Assembly (NCBI GenBank): GCA_963728205.1
Contig: CAVSIV010000004.1
Location: forward strand, 128,001 to 192,000
Direction of reading: 5' to 3'
Length of the DNA: 64,000 bases
From: an uncultured Chloroflexia bacterium
GTDB taxonomy: Bacteria > Chloroflexota > Dehalococcoidia > UBA2979
Of the stretch, positions 51,340 through 61,709 are shown in pieces. The translations under genes and the position numbers were made by a program. A model generated the notes under the pieces. That model had not been told where the DNA came from. It saw only the letters and a program-made list of their open reading frames with translations, and made no database searches. Numbering within the stretch: the first letter of the stretch is position 1; every line of letters starts with the position of its first letter.

Positions 51340-53004
51340 GTGATCCGCGACGACATCCGATCCCTGGTCGAGCAGGCGCTGGAGGCGGCGCAGGCGGCCG
51401 GCGACGTGCCGCCCTTCGCCGCACCCGAGGTGACGGTCGAGCACCCGCAGCGCGCTGAGCACGGCGACTTCTCGGCGAACCTGCCGCTGCGCATCCAGGG
51501 GCTCGCGCGCATGAAGGCCGTCGAAGTGGCGGAGGCGCTGCGTACGCACGTGCCGGCACACGAGGCCGTGGTCGACGTGCGGGTCGCGCCCCCGGGCTTC
51601 CTCAACTTCTACCTCGCCCCGGGCTGGGTCGCTGCGCAGGCGTCGGCCATCGCCGCTGCGGGTGACGCCTACGCGTCGAGCGACCTCGGTGCCGGCAAGC
51701 GCGTCCAGATCGAGTACGTCTCGGCCAACCCGACGGGGCCGATCCACGTCGGCAACGGCCGCGGCGCGGCGATCGGCTCGACGCTTGCCAACGTGATGCG
51801 CGCCGCGGGCTACGACGTCGAGCAGGAGTACTACGTCAACGACGCCGGCACGCAGGTCGCCATCTTCGGCCGCACGCTCTACGCGCGGTACCAGCAGCTG
51901 TTCGGCCGCGAGGCCACCATCCCGGGGAACGGCTACCCCGGCGCGTACATGATCGAGGTCGCGCAGGGCATCAAGGACCGCGCCGGCGACCGCTTCCTCC
52001 GGCCGGAGGGCGAGGAGCCGGACGCGGAGCTCGGCCGCCTCGGCATCGAGGTCATGGTCGAGATGATCCGGAACGACCTTGCGCTGATGGGCGTGCGCTA
52101 CGACGTCTGGTACTCGGAGCGCTCGCTGCAGGCCGAGGGCGGCGCGTACAACCGCGTGCTCGAGCTGCTGCGCGAGAAGGACTACATCGTCGAGCGCGAG
52201 GGCGCGACGTGGTTCGCGTCGTCGGAGCTGGGCGAGTCGAAGGACAACGTGCTGATCCGCTCGGACGGCATGCCGACGTACTTCGCGAGCGACATCGCGT
52301 ACCACTACGACAAGTTCGTCACCCGCGGCTTCGACCGCGTGATCGACATCTGGGGCGCGGACCACCAGGGTCACGTGTCGCGCGTGAAGGCGGCCGTGCA
52401 GGCGGTGGGCGGCGACCCCGCGAACCTCGACGTGCTGCTCTACCAGCTCGTGGCGCTGCGGCGCGGCGCCGAGGCGGTGCCGCTGTCGAAGCGCGCCGGC
52501 GAGATCGTGACGCTCCGCGAGATCGTCGAGGAGGTCGGCGCGGACGCCACGCGCTTCTTCTTCCTGCTGCCGTCGGCGAACCAGACGATGGACTTCGACC
52601 TCGAGCTGGCGAAAAAGCAGTCGGACGAGAACCCGGTCTTCTACGTGCAGTACGCGCACGCGCGCATCGCCGGCATCCTGGCGAAGGCGCGCGACGAGAG
52701 CTTCTCCGCCGACGGCGCGGACGTCGCCCTGCTGACGCACGACGCGGAGCAGACGCTGATCCGCAAGCTGCTGCTGCTGCCGGAGGTGCTGGAGACGGTC
52801 GTCGCGGAGCTGGCGCCGCACCACCTGCCGCACTACGCGCAGGAGCTGGCCGGCGCGTTCCACGTCTTCTACACGCAGTGCCGCGTGATCGACGCCACGA
52901 ACGAGCCGCTGACGCGCGCGCGCCTGCTGCTGCTCGAAGCCGCGCGCGTCGTGCTCGCGCGCACGCTGGGGCTGATGGGCGTGTCCGCGCCGGATCAGAT
53001 GTAG
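51340..53004 (+). CDS. argS: Arginine--tRNA ligase
   Basis: EYVSANPTGPIHVGNGR, WGADHQG, LSKRAG, YVQYAHAR. Confidence 0.97.
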   Translation: MIRDDIRSLVEQALEAAQAAGDVPPFAAPEVTVEHPQRAEHGDFSANLPLRIQGLARMKAVEVAEALRTHVPAHEAVVDVRVAPPGFLNFYLAPGWVAAQASAIAAAGDAYASSDLGAGKRVQIEYVSANPTGPIHVGNGRGAAIGSTLANVMRAAGYDVEQEYYVNDAGTQVAIFGRTLYARYQQLFGREATIPGNGYPGAYMIEVAQGIKDRAGDRFLRPEGEEPDAELGRLGIEVMVEMIRNDLALMGVRYDVWYSERSLQAEGGAYNRVLELLREKDYIVEREGATWFASSELGESKDNVLIRSDGMPTYFASDIAYHYDKFVTRGFDRVIDIWGADHQGHVSRVKAAVQAVGGDPANLDVLLYQLVALRRGAEAVPLSKRAGEIVTLREIVEEVGADATRFFFLLPSANQTMDFDLELAKKQSDENPVFYVQYAHARIAGILAKARDESFSADGADVALLTHDAEQTLIRKLLLLPEVLETVVAELAPHHLPHYAQELAGAFHVFYTQCRVIDATNEPLTRARLLLLEAARVVLARTLGLMGVSAPDQM

Positions 53005-53059
53005 GCATCCGCCCCGAGCACGCAGGTGCGCGGCAGGCCCCGGGGCCTCGTCGCAACGT

Positions 53060-53180
53060 CAAAGCGGCGGCAGATATGCCGCCGACACGGCGCGGACGCA
53101 GTCCGCGGCCGACGCCGCGCGCGGACGCAGTCCGCGGCTGACGCCGCGCTTCTGTCGGCGGCATATCTGCCGCCGCTTTG
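53060..53180. repeat. REPIN-like element, family 2
   Basis: Perfect 28-bp inverted repeats (53060-53087, 53153-53180) enclosing two tandem 29-nt units (53091-53148). Confidence 0.8.
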
Positions 53181-53222
53181 GGTGACGTTCATGCGCGCAC
53201 GGCGCCCCACCGGGGCGGTCGG

Positions 53223-53322
53223 CTGCCGTGGATCGTGAGCACTCCGTAGACCAGGAGGCGGCCACCCTCGCACGCGAGCGGTGACGACTGCACACGGCAG
53301 GCCTGAAGCCTGCCGCGCGCCG
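53223..53322. repeat. Second, 5'-degraded copy of the family 1 element
   Basis: Shares CTGCCGTGGATCGTGAG, GAGGCGGCCACC and a 36-nt right end with the copy at 44533-44652. Confidence 0.8.
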
Positions 53323-53323
53323 A

Positions 53324-55009
53324 TCAGCTCGCCGGGCCGCCGGTCGTCACCATCCGGTCGATCACGCTCGCGCCGAGCCGGATGAGCCCCGCATCCACGG
53401 CCGCACGCTTCGGGTTCGCGTCTGTCAGCGGCTGCGTGCCCAGCGCGTTGTCGAGGAACGCGCCGACGCGTGTAGCGCCGTCGGCGCCCGGCACGGTCCC
53501 GCGCTGCACGCGCACGGGCGCGTCGACGTCGCTGAGCAGCGCGACGCGCGCGTCCTTCAGCGCGCCGTCGACCGTGACCGGCATCAGCCAGTACAGCGTC
53601 GACGACGGCGTGCCCTCGAACGTCTCGTGGATCAGCACGCCGTCGACGCCGTGGCCGAGCGGCACGACCTCGCGCCCCTCGAGCGTGCGCCCGTGGAAGT
53701 CGATGCACTGCTCGATGCTGTAGCGGTCCAGCGTCGCCTTGTCGTCCGCGACGATCGTCTGGACGGTCGCGAACGGGTTGTCGGGGTGCTGGAGGTCGGC
53801 GTACTCCCAGACGTCGCCGCGCGACGAGCGGCCGAAGAGGTCGGTCCACGAGACGGTCGTGACGTGGGTGAGCGTCCAGCCGTCGACCGCCGGGAGGATC
53901 TTGTCGGTGGCGGCGATGTCGACCGCCGGCGCCCCGTCTCCGATGCCGATGAACGCGTATTGCTGCACCTGCACGACGAGCACCGCCGCGGCCACGGCCC
54001 CGACCACGGTGAGCGCCTGCAGCGTCGCGAGCGGCCGCCCTCCGCCGCCGGTCGGCTCCCAGACGGCGTGCTCGCCGCGGCGACGCAGGTCGAGCCCCAG
54101 TCCGAACGCGGGGAGCAGAGCGAGCATGCCCACGAAGAGCAACGCCAGCAGCACGAGACCGATCACGGGGTGTACGACGTCGACGGCGAGGTGCCGCGAC
54201 GTGCGCGCGGCGAGCGTGAGCAGGACCGTGACGCGCAGCAGGTTGGAAGCGAACGCGAGCACGAGCCCGAGCGCATACCACCGCAGCCGCCGGCCCCACG
54301 GCCCGCGCATCAGCAGGAGCAACGCCGCCCCGACCAGCGCGAAGCCCATGACCGCCGCCGTGCCCGCGCACAGCTGGCCGATCACCAGCGTGAAGTTCTG
54401 GCCGGCGGCGAGGTGCGTCGTCGTCAACACGTCGGGCGACGCCGGGTCGAACGCGTAGGGCAGCGCGAGGAACCCGACCATGCGGTCGGCGAACCACGAG
54501 GTCACGGCGAGGAACGGCGCGGCGATGCGCGACTGCGCCCACACGACGACGTACGGCCAGCCGAGGAAGAGCGCGGCGACGGCCGGCCACACGCGCAGCA
54601 CCTGCTGGTAGCCGAGGAAGACCACCCCGGCGCCGGTCGCGAACAGCGCCAGCGCCAGCAGGTCGACGCGGTTCAGCCAGAAGTACCAGGACAGCCGCGC
54701 CGGCGTGACGGCGAGCACGAAGAACGCGCCGAGCAGCAGCGGCGTCGCAAAGAAGGCGTCGAGCAGCACGTCGCGCTTGCCGGGCCGCCCATCGACGTGG
54801 CCGTGCACCCAGAACAGGTATGCGGCGAACGGCAGCATGAACGGGACGAAGCCGAGCGCGTTGTCGGCGAGGAGGAAGTCGCGCTCCGCGAGCAGCGACG
54901 GCGCGAACGGAGCGAACCCGACGACGATCAGCGCGAGCAGGCGCCAGCGGCCGAACAGCGCGCCCAGCGGTCGCGCCGGCACGGACGAGACGGCGGCCGA
55001 GGGCTGCAC
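53324..55009 (-). CDS. Exosortase/archaeosortase-family protein fused to an EpsI-like extracellular domain
   Basis: Polytopic protein with IGQLCAG (Cys), SNLLRV (Arg) and VVHP (His) in exosortase order; soluble C-terminal domain with SIEQCIDFHG. Confidence 0.8.
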   Translation of the reverse strand: MQPSAAVSSVPARPLGALFGRWRLLALIVVGFAPFAPSLLAERDFLLADNALGFVPFMLPFAAYLFWVHGHVDGRPGKRDVLLDAFFATPLLLGAFFVLAVTPARLSWYFWLNRVDLLALALFATGAGVVFLGYQQVLRVWPAVAALFLGWPYVVVWAQSRIAAPFLAVTSWFADRMVGFLALPYAFDPASPDVLTTTHLAAGQNFTLVIGQLCAGTAAVMGFALVGAALLLLMRGPWGRRLRWYALGLVLAFASNLLRVTVLLTLAARTSRHLAVDVVHPVIGLVLLALLFVGMLALLPAFGLGLDLRRRGEHAVWEPTGGGGRPLATLQALTVVGAVAAAVLVVQVQQYAFIGIGDGAPAVDIAATDKILPAVDGWTLTHVTTVSWTDLFGRSSRGDVWEYADLQHPDNPFATVQTIVADDKATLDRYSIEQCIDFHGRTLEGREVVPLGHGVDGVLIHETFEGTPSSTLYWLMPVTVDGALKDARVALLSDVDAPVRVQRGTVPGADGATRVGAFLDNALGTQPLTDANPKRAAVDAGLIRLGASVIDRMVTTGGPAS

Positions 55010-55021
55010 GGGCGGCCCTCG

Positions 55022-55273
55022 CTAGCCGGCGTCGGAGTCGGAGGGGCGGCGGTGGCGGCGGTGGTCGATCAGCACGTACCCCGCGACCGCAAGCAGGCCC
55101 ACCACCGGGATCGCCGCGGCGAGCGGCACCTCGGGGATCTCGCAGGCGCGCTTGTGCTTGCCCTTGCACGCGTTGTTGTTGTCCGGGCCCTCCTGTGCGA
55201 AGGCGGGACCAGCCACGGCGAGGATCACCATGGCCGCGAGCACGGTCGCGAGGACAATGCGGCGGATACGCAT
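55022..55273 (-). CDS. Small secreted peptide with PEP/PEF-CTERM-like sorting signal
   Basis: SD GAGGAGG; signal peptide ending AFA; IPEVP plus TM plus HRRHRR; ends 12 nt before the exosortase start. Confidence 0.8.
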   Translation of the reverse strand: MRIRRIVLATVLAAMVILAVAGPAFAQEGPDNNNACKGKHKRACEIPEVPLAAAIPVVGLLAVAGYVLIDHRRHRRPSDSDAG

Positions 55274-55452
55274 GAGGCCGGCCTCCTCTCGTGCGTCGTC
55301 GCTGCCGGGCCGCGACGAGGCGCGGTTGGCGGTCGGGACCGACCCGAATGTATCATCGGGCCCACTCGCCGCCGACCGCGGACGTGTGCCGTCCCGGTTG
55401 ATAATCGGTAAAAAATCGAGCCGCCACAGCCATCGGATCGAAGAGGCCCGCG

Positions 55453-56454
55453 ATGACCTCCGAGCGCAAGCGCATCCTCACGGGCGTCCGCCCGACCGGC
55501 GCCCTCCATCTCGGTCACTACGTCGGCGCGCTCGAGAACTGGATCCGCCTTCAGCGCGAGTACGAGTGCTTCTTCCTGATCGCGGACTTCCAGGTCTCGG
55601 ACCACGCCGACGAGTTCGACCTCGTGCGCAGCGCGGTGTTCGAGGTCGCGAAGGACTGGCTCGCGGTCGGGCTCGACCCGGAGCACAGCCACTACTGCAT
55701 CGAGAGCATGATCCCGGAGCACGCCGAACTGACGACGTGGCTGTCGTGGTGGATCCCGCTCGCGCGCCTGCAGCGCAACCCGACGCTGAAGGCGGAGATG
55801 GGCGAGGACAGCGGCTCGACGCCGGTCGCGTTCTTCAACTACCCGGTGATGCAGGCCGCGAACATCCTGATGCCGAAGGCGCACCTCGTGCCGGTGGGCG
55901 AGGACCAGCTGCCGCACATCGAGATGACGCGCGAGATCGCGCGGCGCTTCAACCGCCTCTTCGACACCGAGGTCTTCCCCGTGCCGGAGCCGCTGGTCGG
56001 CCGCGTGCCGCGGCTCGTCGGCGTCGACGGCAACGCGAAGATGAGCAAGTCGCTGGGCAACGCGATCTACCTGAAGGACGACGCGGAGACGGTCGTGCAG
56101 AAGGTGAAGGGGATGTTCACCGACCCCACCCGGCTGCGGGCCACGGACCCCGGCCACGTCGAGGGCAACCCGGTGTTCATGTACCACGACGCCTTCAACC
56201 CGGACGTCGACGAGGTGAACGATCTCAAGGAGCGCTACCGCGCCGGGCGCGTCGGCGACGTCGAGGTGAAGGCGAAGCTGCATGCGGCGCTCAACGCGTT
56301 CCTCGACCCGATCCGCGAGCGGCGCGCGTACTTCGACACGCACCCCGCGGAGGTGCACGACGCGCTGGCCGCCGGCACCGCGCGCGCCAAGCGTGTCGCG
56401 GAGGCGACGATGCGCGACGTGCGTGCCGCGATGCAGGTGAACTACCTGGAATAG
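55453..56454 (+). CDS. trpS: Tryptophan--tRNA ligase
   Basis: RPTGALHLGH, VPVGEDQ, KMSKS. Confidence 0.96.
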   Translation: MTSERKRILTGVRPTGALHLGHYVGALENWIRLQREYECFFLIADFQVSDHADEFDLVRSAVFEVAKDWLAVGLDPEHSHYCIESMIPEHAELTTWLSWWIPLARLQRNPTLKAEMGEDSGSTPVAFFNYPVMQAANILMPKAHLVPVGEDQLPHIEMTREIARRFNRLFDTEVFPVPEPLVGRVPRLVGVDGNAKMSKSLGNAIYLKDDAETVVQKVKGMFTDPTRLRATDPGHVEGNPVFMYHDAFNPDVDEVNDLKERYRAGRVGDVEVKAKLHAALNAFLDPIRERRAYFDTHPAEVHDALAAGTARAKRVAEATMRDVRAAMQVNYLE

Positions 56455-56480
56455 GCGGACGGGCCCCCGGTCTTCCCGTG

Positions 56481-56643
56481 AAGCGGCGGCGTGGCGCCGA
56501 CGCGCCACCCACAGCGGCGGCAGAGAGGCCGCCGACCATAGCGGCGGCCGGCAGCCGCCGACCATAGCGGCGGCAGAGAGGCCGCCGACCATAGCGGCGG
56601 CCGGCAGCCGCCGACGATATCGGCGGCGTGTCTGCCGCCGCTT
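56481..56643. repeat. Tandem REP-like array, family 2
   Basis: Four direct units AGCGGCGGC-N5/6-GCCGCCGAC (27/26 nt alternating, 56513-56615) plus an inverted unit at 56619-56643. Confidence 0.8.
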
Positions 56644-56657
56644 GACAGGGGCCACAC

Positions 56658-56690
56658 ACGAAGAGGCCGCCCCGGGGGCGGCCTCTTCGT
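56658..56690. terminator. Terminator hairpin between convergent trpS and citrate synthase
   Basis: ACGAAGAGGCCGCCCC/GGGGCGGCCTCTTCGT. Confidence 0.7.
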
Positions 56691-56708
56691 CTACATGCGG
56701 CGGGAGTG

Positions 56709-57860
56709 CTACCGCTTGTCGAGCGGCACGAAGTCGCGGTGCGGCTGGCCGACGTAGACCTGGGTCGGCCGGAAGATGCGGTTCCCGGACTCCCACTGCT
56801 CCTTCATGTTCACCATCCAGCCGAGCGTCCGGGACGCGGCGAAGATCGGCGTGAAGAAGTCCGTGGGGATGCCCAGGGCGGCGAAGATGCAGCCCGAGAA
56901 GAGGTCGACGTTCGGGTAGAGGCCCCGGTCGCCGAGCCGTGCCGTGGCGACCTGCTCGACCGTGAGGGCGATCTGGTAGAGGTCGGCGACCTCGCTGCCC
57001 GGCTCGATCACCTCGTCGGCGAGGCGCTGGATCACCTTCGAGCGCGGGTCCTTGACGTGGTACACGCGGTGCCCGAACCCCGGGATCTTGAACTTGTCGT
57101 CCATCAGCTTCTGGATCTCTTCCTCGGCGCGCTTGGGATCGCCGATCTGCTGGAAGAGACGCAGGGATGCCTCATTGGCGCCGCCGTGAGCGGGGCCGGA
57201 CAGCGCGCCGATGGCGGCAGCGGTGACGGCCTCGGGCTCGGCCTTCGTCGAGGTGACGACGCGCGCGGTGAACGTCGACGCGTTGCCGGCAGAGTGGTCG
57301 GCCTGGAGGATGAGCAGCGCGTTCATCACGCGCTCGTGGAGCTCGGACGGCTCCTTGCCGGTGATCATGCGCAGCATCATGCGCGCGTGGGACTCGCCGA
57401 CGTACGGGCCCTCGTAGGCGCGGCCGTCCGCCGCCTGGGCAATGATGCCGGCCAGGTGGCCGACCTTCGCGACCATCGCGAGGCCGCGCTCGCCGACCGT
57501 GTTCACCTTGCGCTCGAAGTCGTTGTTCGTCGGGCCGAGCGCAGCGGTCGCCGACTGGAGCGCGAACATCGGGTGGGTGATGCGCCCGACGTGCTGCGCG
57601 ACGGACAGCTGCTCCGGCGTGAGGACCCGATTGTCGTGAAGCTGCTGCTTCACCTCGTCGAGGCGCGCCCGGCTCGGGAGCTCGCCGTCGTAGAGGAGGG
57701 CCACCACCTCCTCGAAGGTGACCTCCGGCTGCGTCAGGTCCTCGATCGAGTACCCACGGTACGTGAGGCGGCCTGCCTGCCCATCGACCTTTGAGATAGC
57801 GGATTCGGCAATCGCTACCCCCTCGAGTCCCGGGCTAAAGGACGGCGTGTCCAGCGTCAT
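56709..57860 (-). CDS. gltA: Citrate (or 2-methylcitrate) synthase
   Basis: GLEGV, LTYRGY, NASTFTAR, GPAHGGAN, GFGHRVY, YPNVD. Confidence 0.9.
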   Translation of the reverse strand: MTLDTPSFSPGLEGVAIAESAISKVDGQAGRLTYRGYSIEDLTQPEVTFEEVVALLYDGELPSRARLDEVKQQLHDNRVLTPEQLSVAQHVGRITHPMFALQSATAALGPTNNDFERKVNTVGERGLAMVAKVGHLAGIIAQAADGRAYEGPYVGESHARMMLRMITGKEPSELHERVMNALLILQADHSAGNASTFTARVVTSTKAEPEAVTAAAIGALSGPAHGGANEASLRLFQQIGDPKRAEEEIQKLMDDKFKIPGFGHRVYHVKDPRSKVIQRLADEVIEPGSEVADLYQIALTVEQVATARLGDRGLYPNVDLFSGCIFAALGIPTDFFTPIFAASRTLGWMVNMKEQWESGNRIFRPTQVYVGQPHRDFVPLDKR

Positions 57861-58096
57861 GTGCTCCCCCAAACTCCTGCTCGAGGCATCCGGCAGCCGC
57901 CGCCCCCCGGGCTCCCTGGGTATGTCCCTGCTCGTATCGTGCGTCAGCGCCATGACACCCATCGCGGTGACTCGCGGGTGGGGCGAACGCAGCCGCAGTA
58001 TATCCGAACCGCTCGGGCACCACGAAATCCGTGATAACGAGCGGATCCGTCCGGCGCCGCGGCCCCCCGGGGACGCCGCACGCGGGCTGGACGTCC

Positions 58097-58831
58097 TCAG
58101 CGCGCGGCGAACGCGTCGCCGGCGTGGGTGGCGATGAACTCCCGCAGGAGGTCGTGGACGCGCTCGGCGGACTCCGTGAGCCCGTGGCCCGCGCCCTCGA
58201 TCAGCACGAGCCGTTTGGGCTCGCTCGCTCGCTCATAGATGTCCTGCGACGCCGCGTGGTCGAGCACCTCGTCGTGATCACCGTGGATCAGCAGCAAGGG
58301 CTTGCCGAGGTCGCCGACCTCCTGCGTGCCGAAGCGCTGCGACGACATCCCGACGACGCCGGTCGCGATCGGCGCCAGCTCCCCGGCCTTCACGGCCACC
58401 GCGCCGCCGAACGAGTGCCCGACGAGCACCACCTGCTCCGCGCCGATCCCCTTGAGGAACGAGCACGCGGCGAGCGCGTCGAGCACGCACTCCTCGAACT
58501 CGCCCGGCTCGCGGTACTGCACGCGGATCGACGTCACGCCGTCCGCGACGAGCTCGCGTGCGAGCTGCTCGTAGACGCCGTTCGCCGGCCCCTTCACGCC
58601 GCCGCCCGCGCCGCCGAGGAAGATGGCAGCGCCCGTCTTCCCCTCGCACGGGTGCAGGTGCACGGTGAGCGAGCCGCGGCTGGTGTCGAGCTCGACCTCG
58701 AGCTCGCCGGGCGTCTCCCCGGCGCGCGCGCGCACCCCCTTGATGGACAGCGTGAGCTCCTCGAGCGGCGTACCGCCCAGGGAGCCCTCGCCGGAACCAT
58801 TCTCGGGTGCGCGATCCGGGAGGAAGTTCAT
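58097..58831 (-). CDS. Alpha/beta hydrolase
   Basis: GHSFG, LLIHGDHDEV, EGAGH triad. Confidence 0.88.
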   Translation of the reverse strand: MNFLPDRAPENGSGEGSLGGTPLEELTLSIKGVRARAGETPGELEVELDTSRGSLTVHLHPCEGKTGAAIFLGGAGGGVKGPANGVYEQLARELVADGVTSIRVQYREPGEFEECVLDALAACSFLKGIGAEQVVLVGHSFGGAVAVKAGELAPIATGVVGMSSQRFGTQEVGDLGKPLLLIHGDHDEVLDHAASQDIYERASEPKRLVLIEGAGHGLTESAERVHDLLREFIATHAGDAFAAR

Positions 58832-58886
58832 CCGGGGCAGCGTAGCAGAGGCGTGCGAGGCTCGCGCCGGGGCCGCACGCGGCGCC

Positions 58887-60365
<1,479 letters not shown>

Positions 60366-60377
60366 TGCGGCGGCGGC

Positions 60378-60668
60378 TCACGTGTCCAGCACCGCGCGCA
60401 CGCGCAGGAAGTCGCCCTCGCGGCGCGGCGCGTTCGCGAGGATCTCGTCGCGGGGCATGGAGGGCTGCGGCGCGTCGTCGCGCTCGACGTTCGCCTGGTC
60501 GAGGCTCTGGGCGGTGGGCGGAACCCCCTCGGTGTCGACGTCGTTGAGGACGGCGAAGTGGCCGAGGATGGCCGACAGCTCGTCGCGCAGGCGCTCGACT
60601 TCGTCGTCGGCCAGCGCCACGCGGGCGAGGCGGGCGATATAACGGACCTCGTCGGCGGTGAGGGCCAT
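60378..60668 (-). CDS. gatC: Asp/Glu-tRNA amidotransferase subunit C
   Basis: EVRYIARLAR, VDTEGVPPT, ILANAP; upstream of gatA. Confidence 0.93.
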   Translation of the reverse strand: MALTADEVRYIARLARVALADDEVERLRDELSAILGHFAVLNDVDTEGVPPTAQSLDQANVERDDAPQPSMPRDEILANAPRREGDFLRVRAVLDT

Positions 60669-60884
60669 CCAGCGCTCCCGGAGTGCAGCGGATCGACTCG
60701 GCGCGACCGTGAAGCCCGTGATATGGGGGTCGCGCCTGCGGGGTCTGCGGCTACTATAGGTGCGGACCCCCTACCACTCCACCGCACACCGGGAGGCGCC
60801 AGGCGCGCCGCGCGTGGAGCCATAGACTGTCGCCGAGGCGCGACGCCATCGCAGTCCCTGGGCGGGGCGGAAGGTGGTTCCCCA

Positions 60885-61709
60885 GTGGAGCAGCCCACGC
60901 GCGGGGCGGCGGACGCCCCGCAGGTTCGCGGGCCGCACGCCCCGGACGCCGCGCGGCTCGGGAACCCGAGCTTCGTCTGGCGCTTCGGCCAGGACCGGCG
61001 GCTCGACCTCATCGAACGCTACGTGCCGCTCACCGGGCGCCGGGTGCTCGACCTCGGCTGCGGCCTCGGCGAGTATGCGCGTGCGCTGGAGCGGCGCGGC
61101 GGACGCGTGATCGGCTCCGACATCGCGGGATCGCGCCTCGTGGAAGCGCGCCGGCGTGGCCTCGACCCCGCGCGCACCGGCGGCGCGCCCAGCCGCGCGG
61201 AGTACCTCACGGCCGGCGGCGAGTCGCTGCCGTTCCGCGACGGATCGCTCGACGTGATCGTGCTGAACGAGGTGATCGAGCACGTCGCCGACGACCGCGA
61301 GACGCTGCGCGAGGTGAGCCGCGTGCTCGCACCCGGCGGCACCTGCGTGATCTACGCCCCGAACCGCCTTTACCCGTTCGAAACCCACGGCATCTACCTA
61401 GGGAAGCGTTATGTGTTCGGGAACATCCCCCTCGTGAATTGGCTGCCGACGTTCCTGCGCCGCCGCCTCGTCCCCCACGCGCGCGCCTACCGCCACGGCG
61501 ACTGGCGCCGGCTGATCGCCGGCACCGCGCTGCGCGTGGTCGACCAGGGCTACGTCTACCCCGGGTTCGACAACGTCGCCGCGCGCTGGCCCGCCGTGGC
61601 GCGCGGGCTGCGCGCGTTCTGCTACTGGGCGGAGAGCAACCCGCTGCGCCGCTTCGGGCTCTCGCACCTCGTGATCCTGCGGCGTGAGGAGAGCGGGGCG
61701 CCGGCATGA
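60885..61709 (+). CDS. Class I SAM-dependent methyltransferase
   Basis: VLDLGCGLG, ESLPFRDGSLD, EVIEHV, RVLAPGG; start approximate. Confidence 0.85.
   Translation: MEQPTRGAADAPQVRGPHAPDAARLGNPSFVWRFGQDRRLDLIERYVPLTGRRVLDLGCGLGEYARALERRGGRVIGSDIAGSRLVEARRRGLDPARTGGAPSRAEYLTAGGESLPFRDGSLDVIVLNEVIEHVADDRETLREVSRVLAPGGTCVIYAPNRLYPFETHGIYLGKRYVFGNIPLVNWLPTFLRRRLVPHARAYRHGDWRRLIAGTALRVVDQGYVYPGFDNVAARWPAVARGLRAFCYWAESNPLRRFGLSHLVILRREESGAPA

Noticed and set aside
56513-56615. Possible CRISPR array
   Set aside because: Units are directly adjacent with no unique spacers and no cas genes; REP-like tandem repeat.
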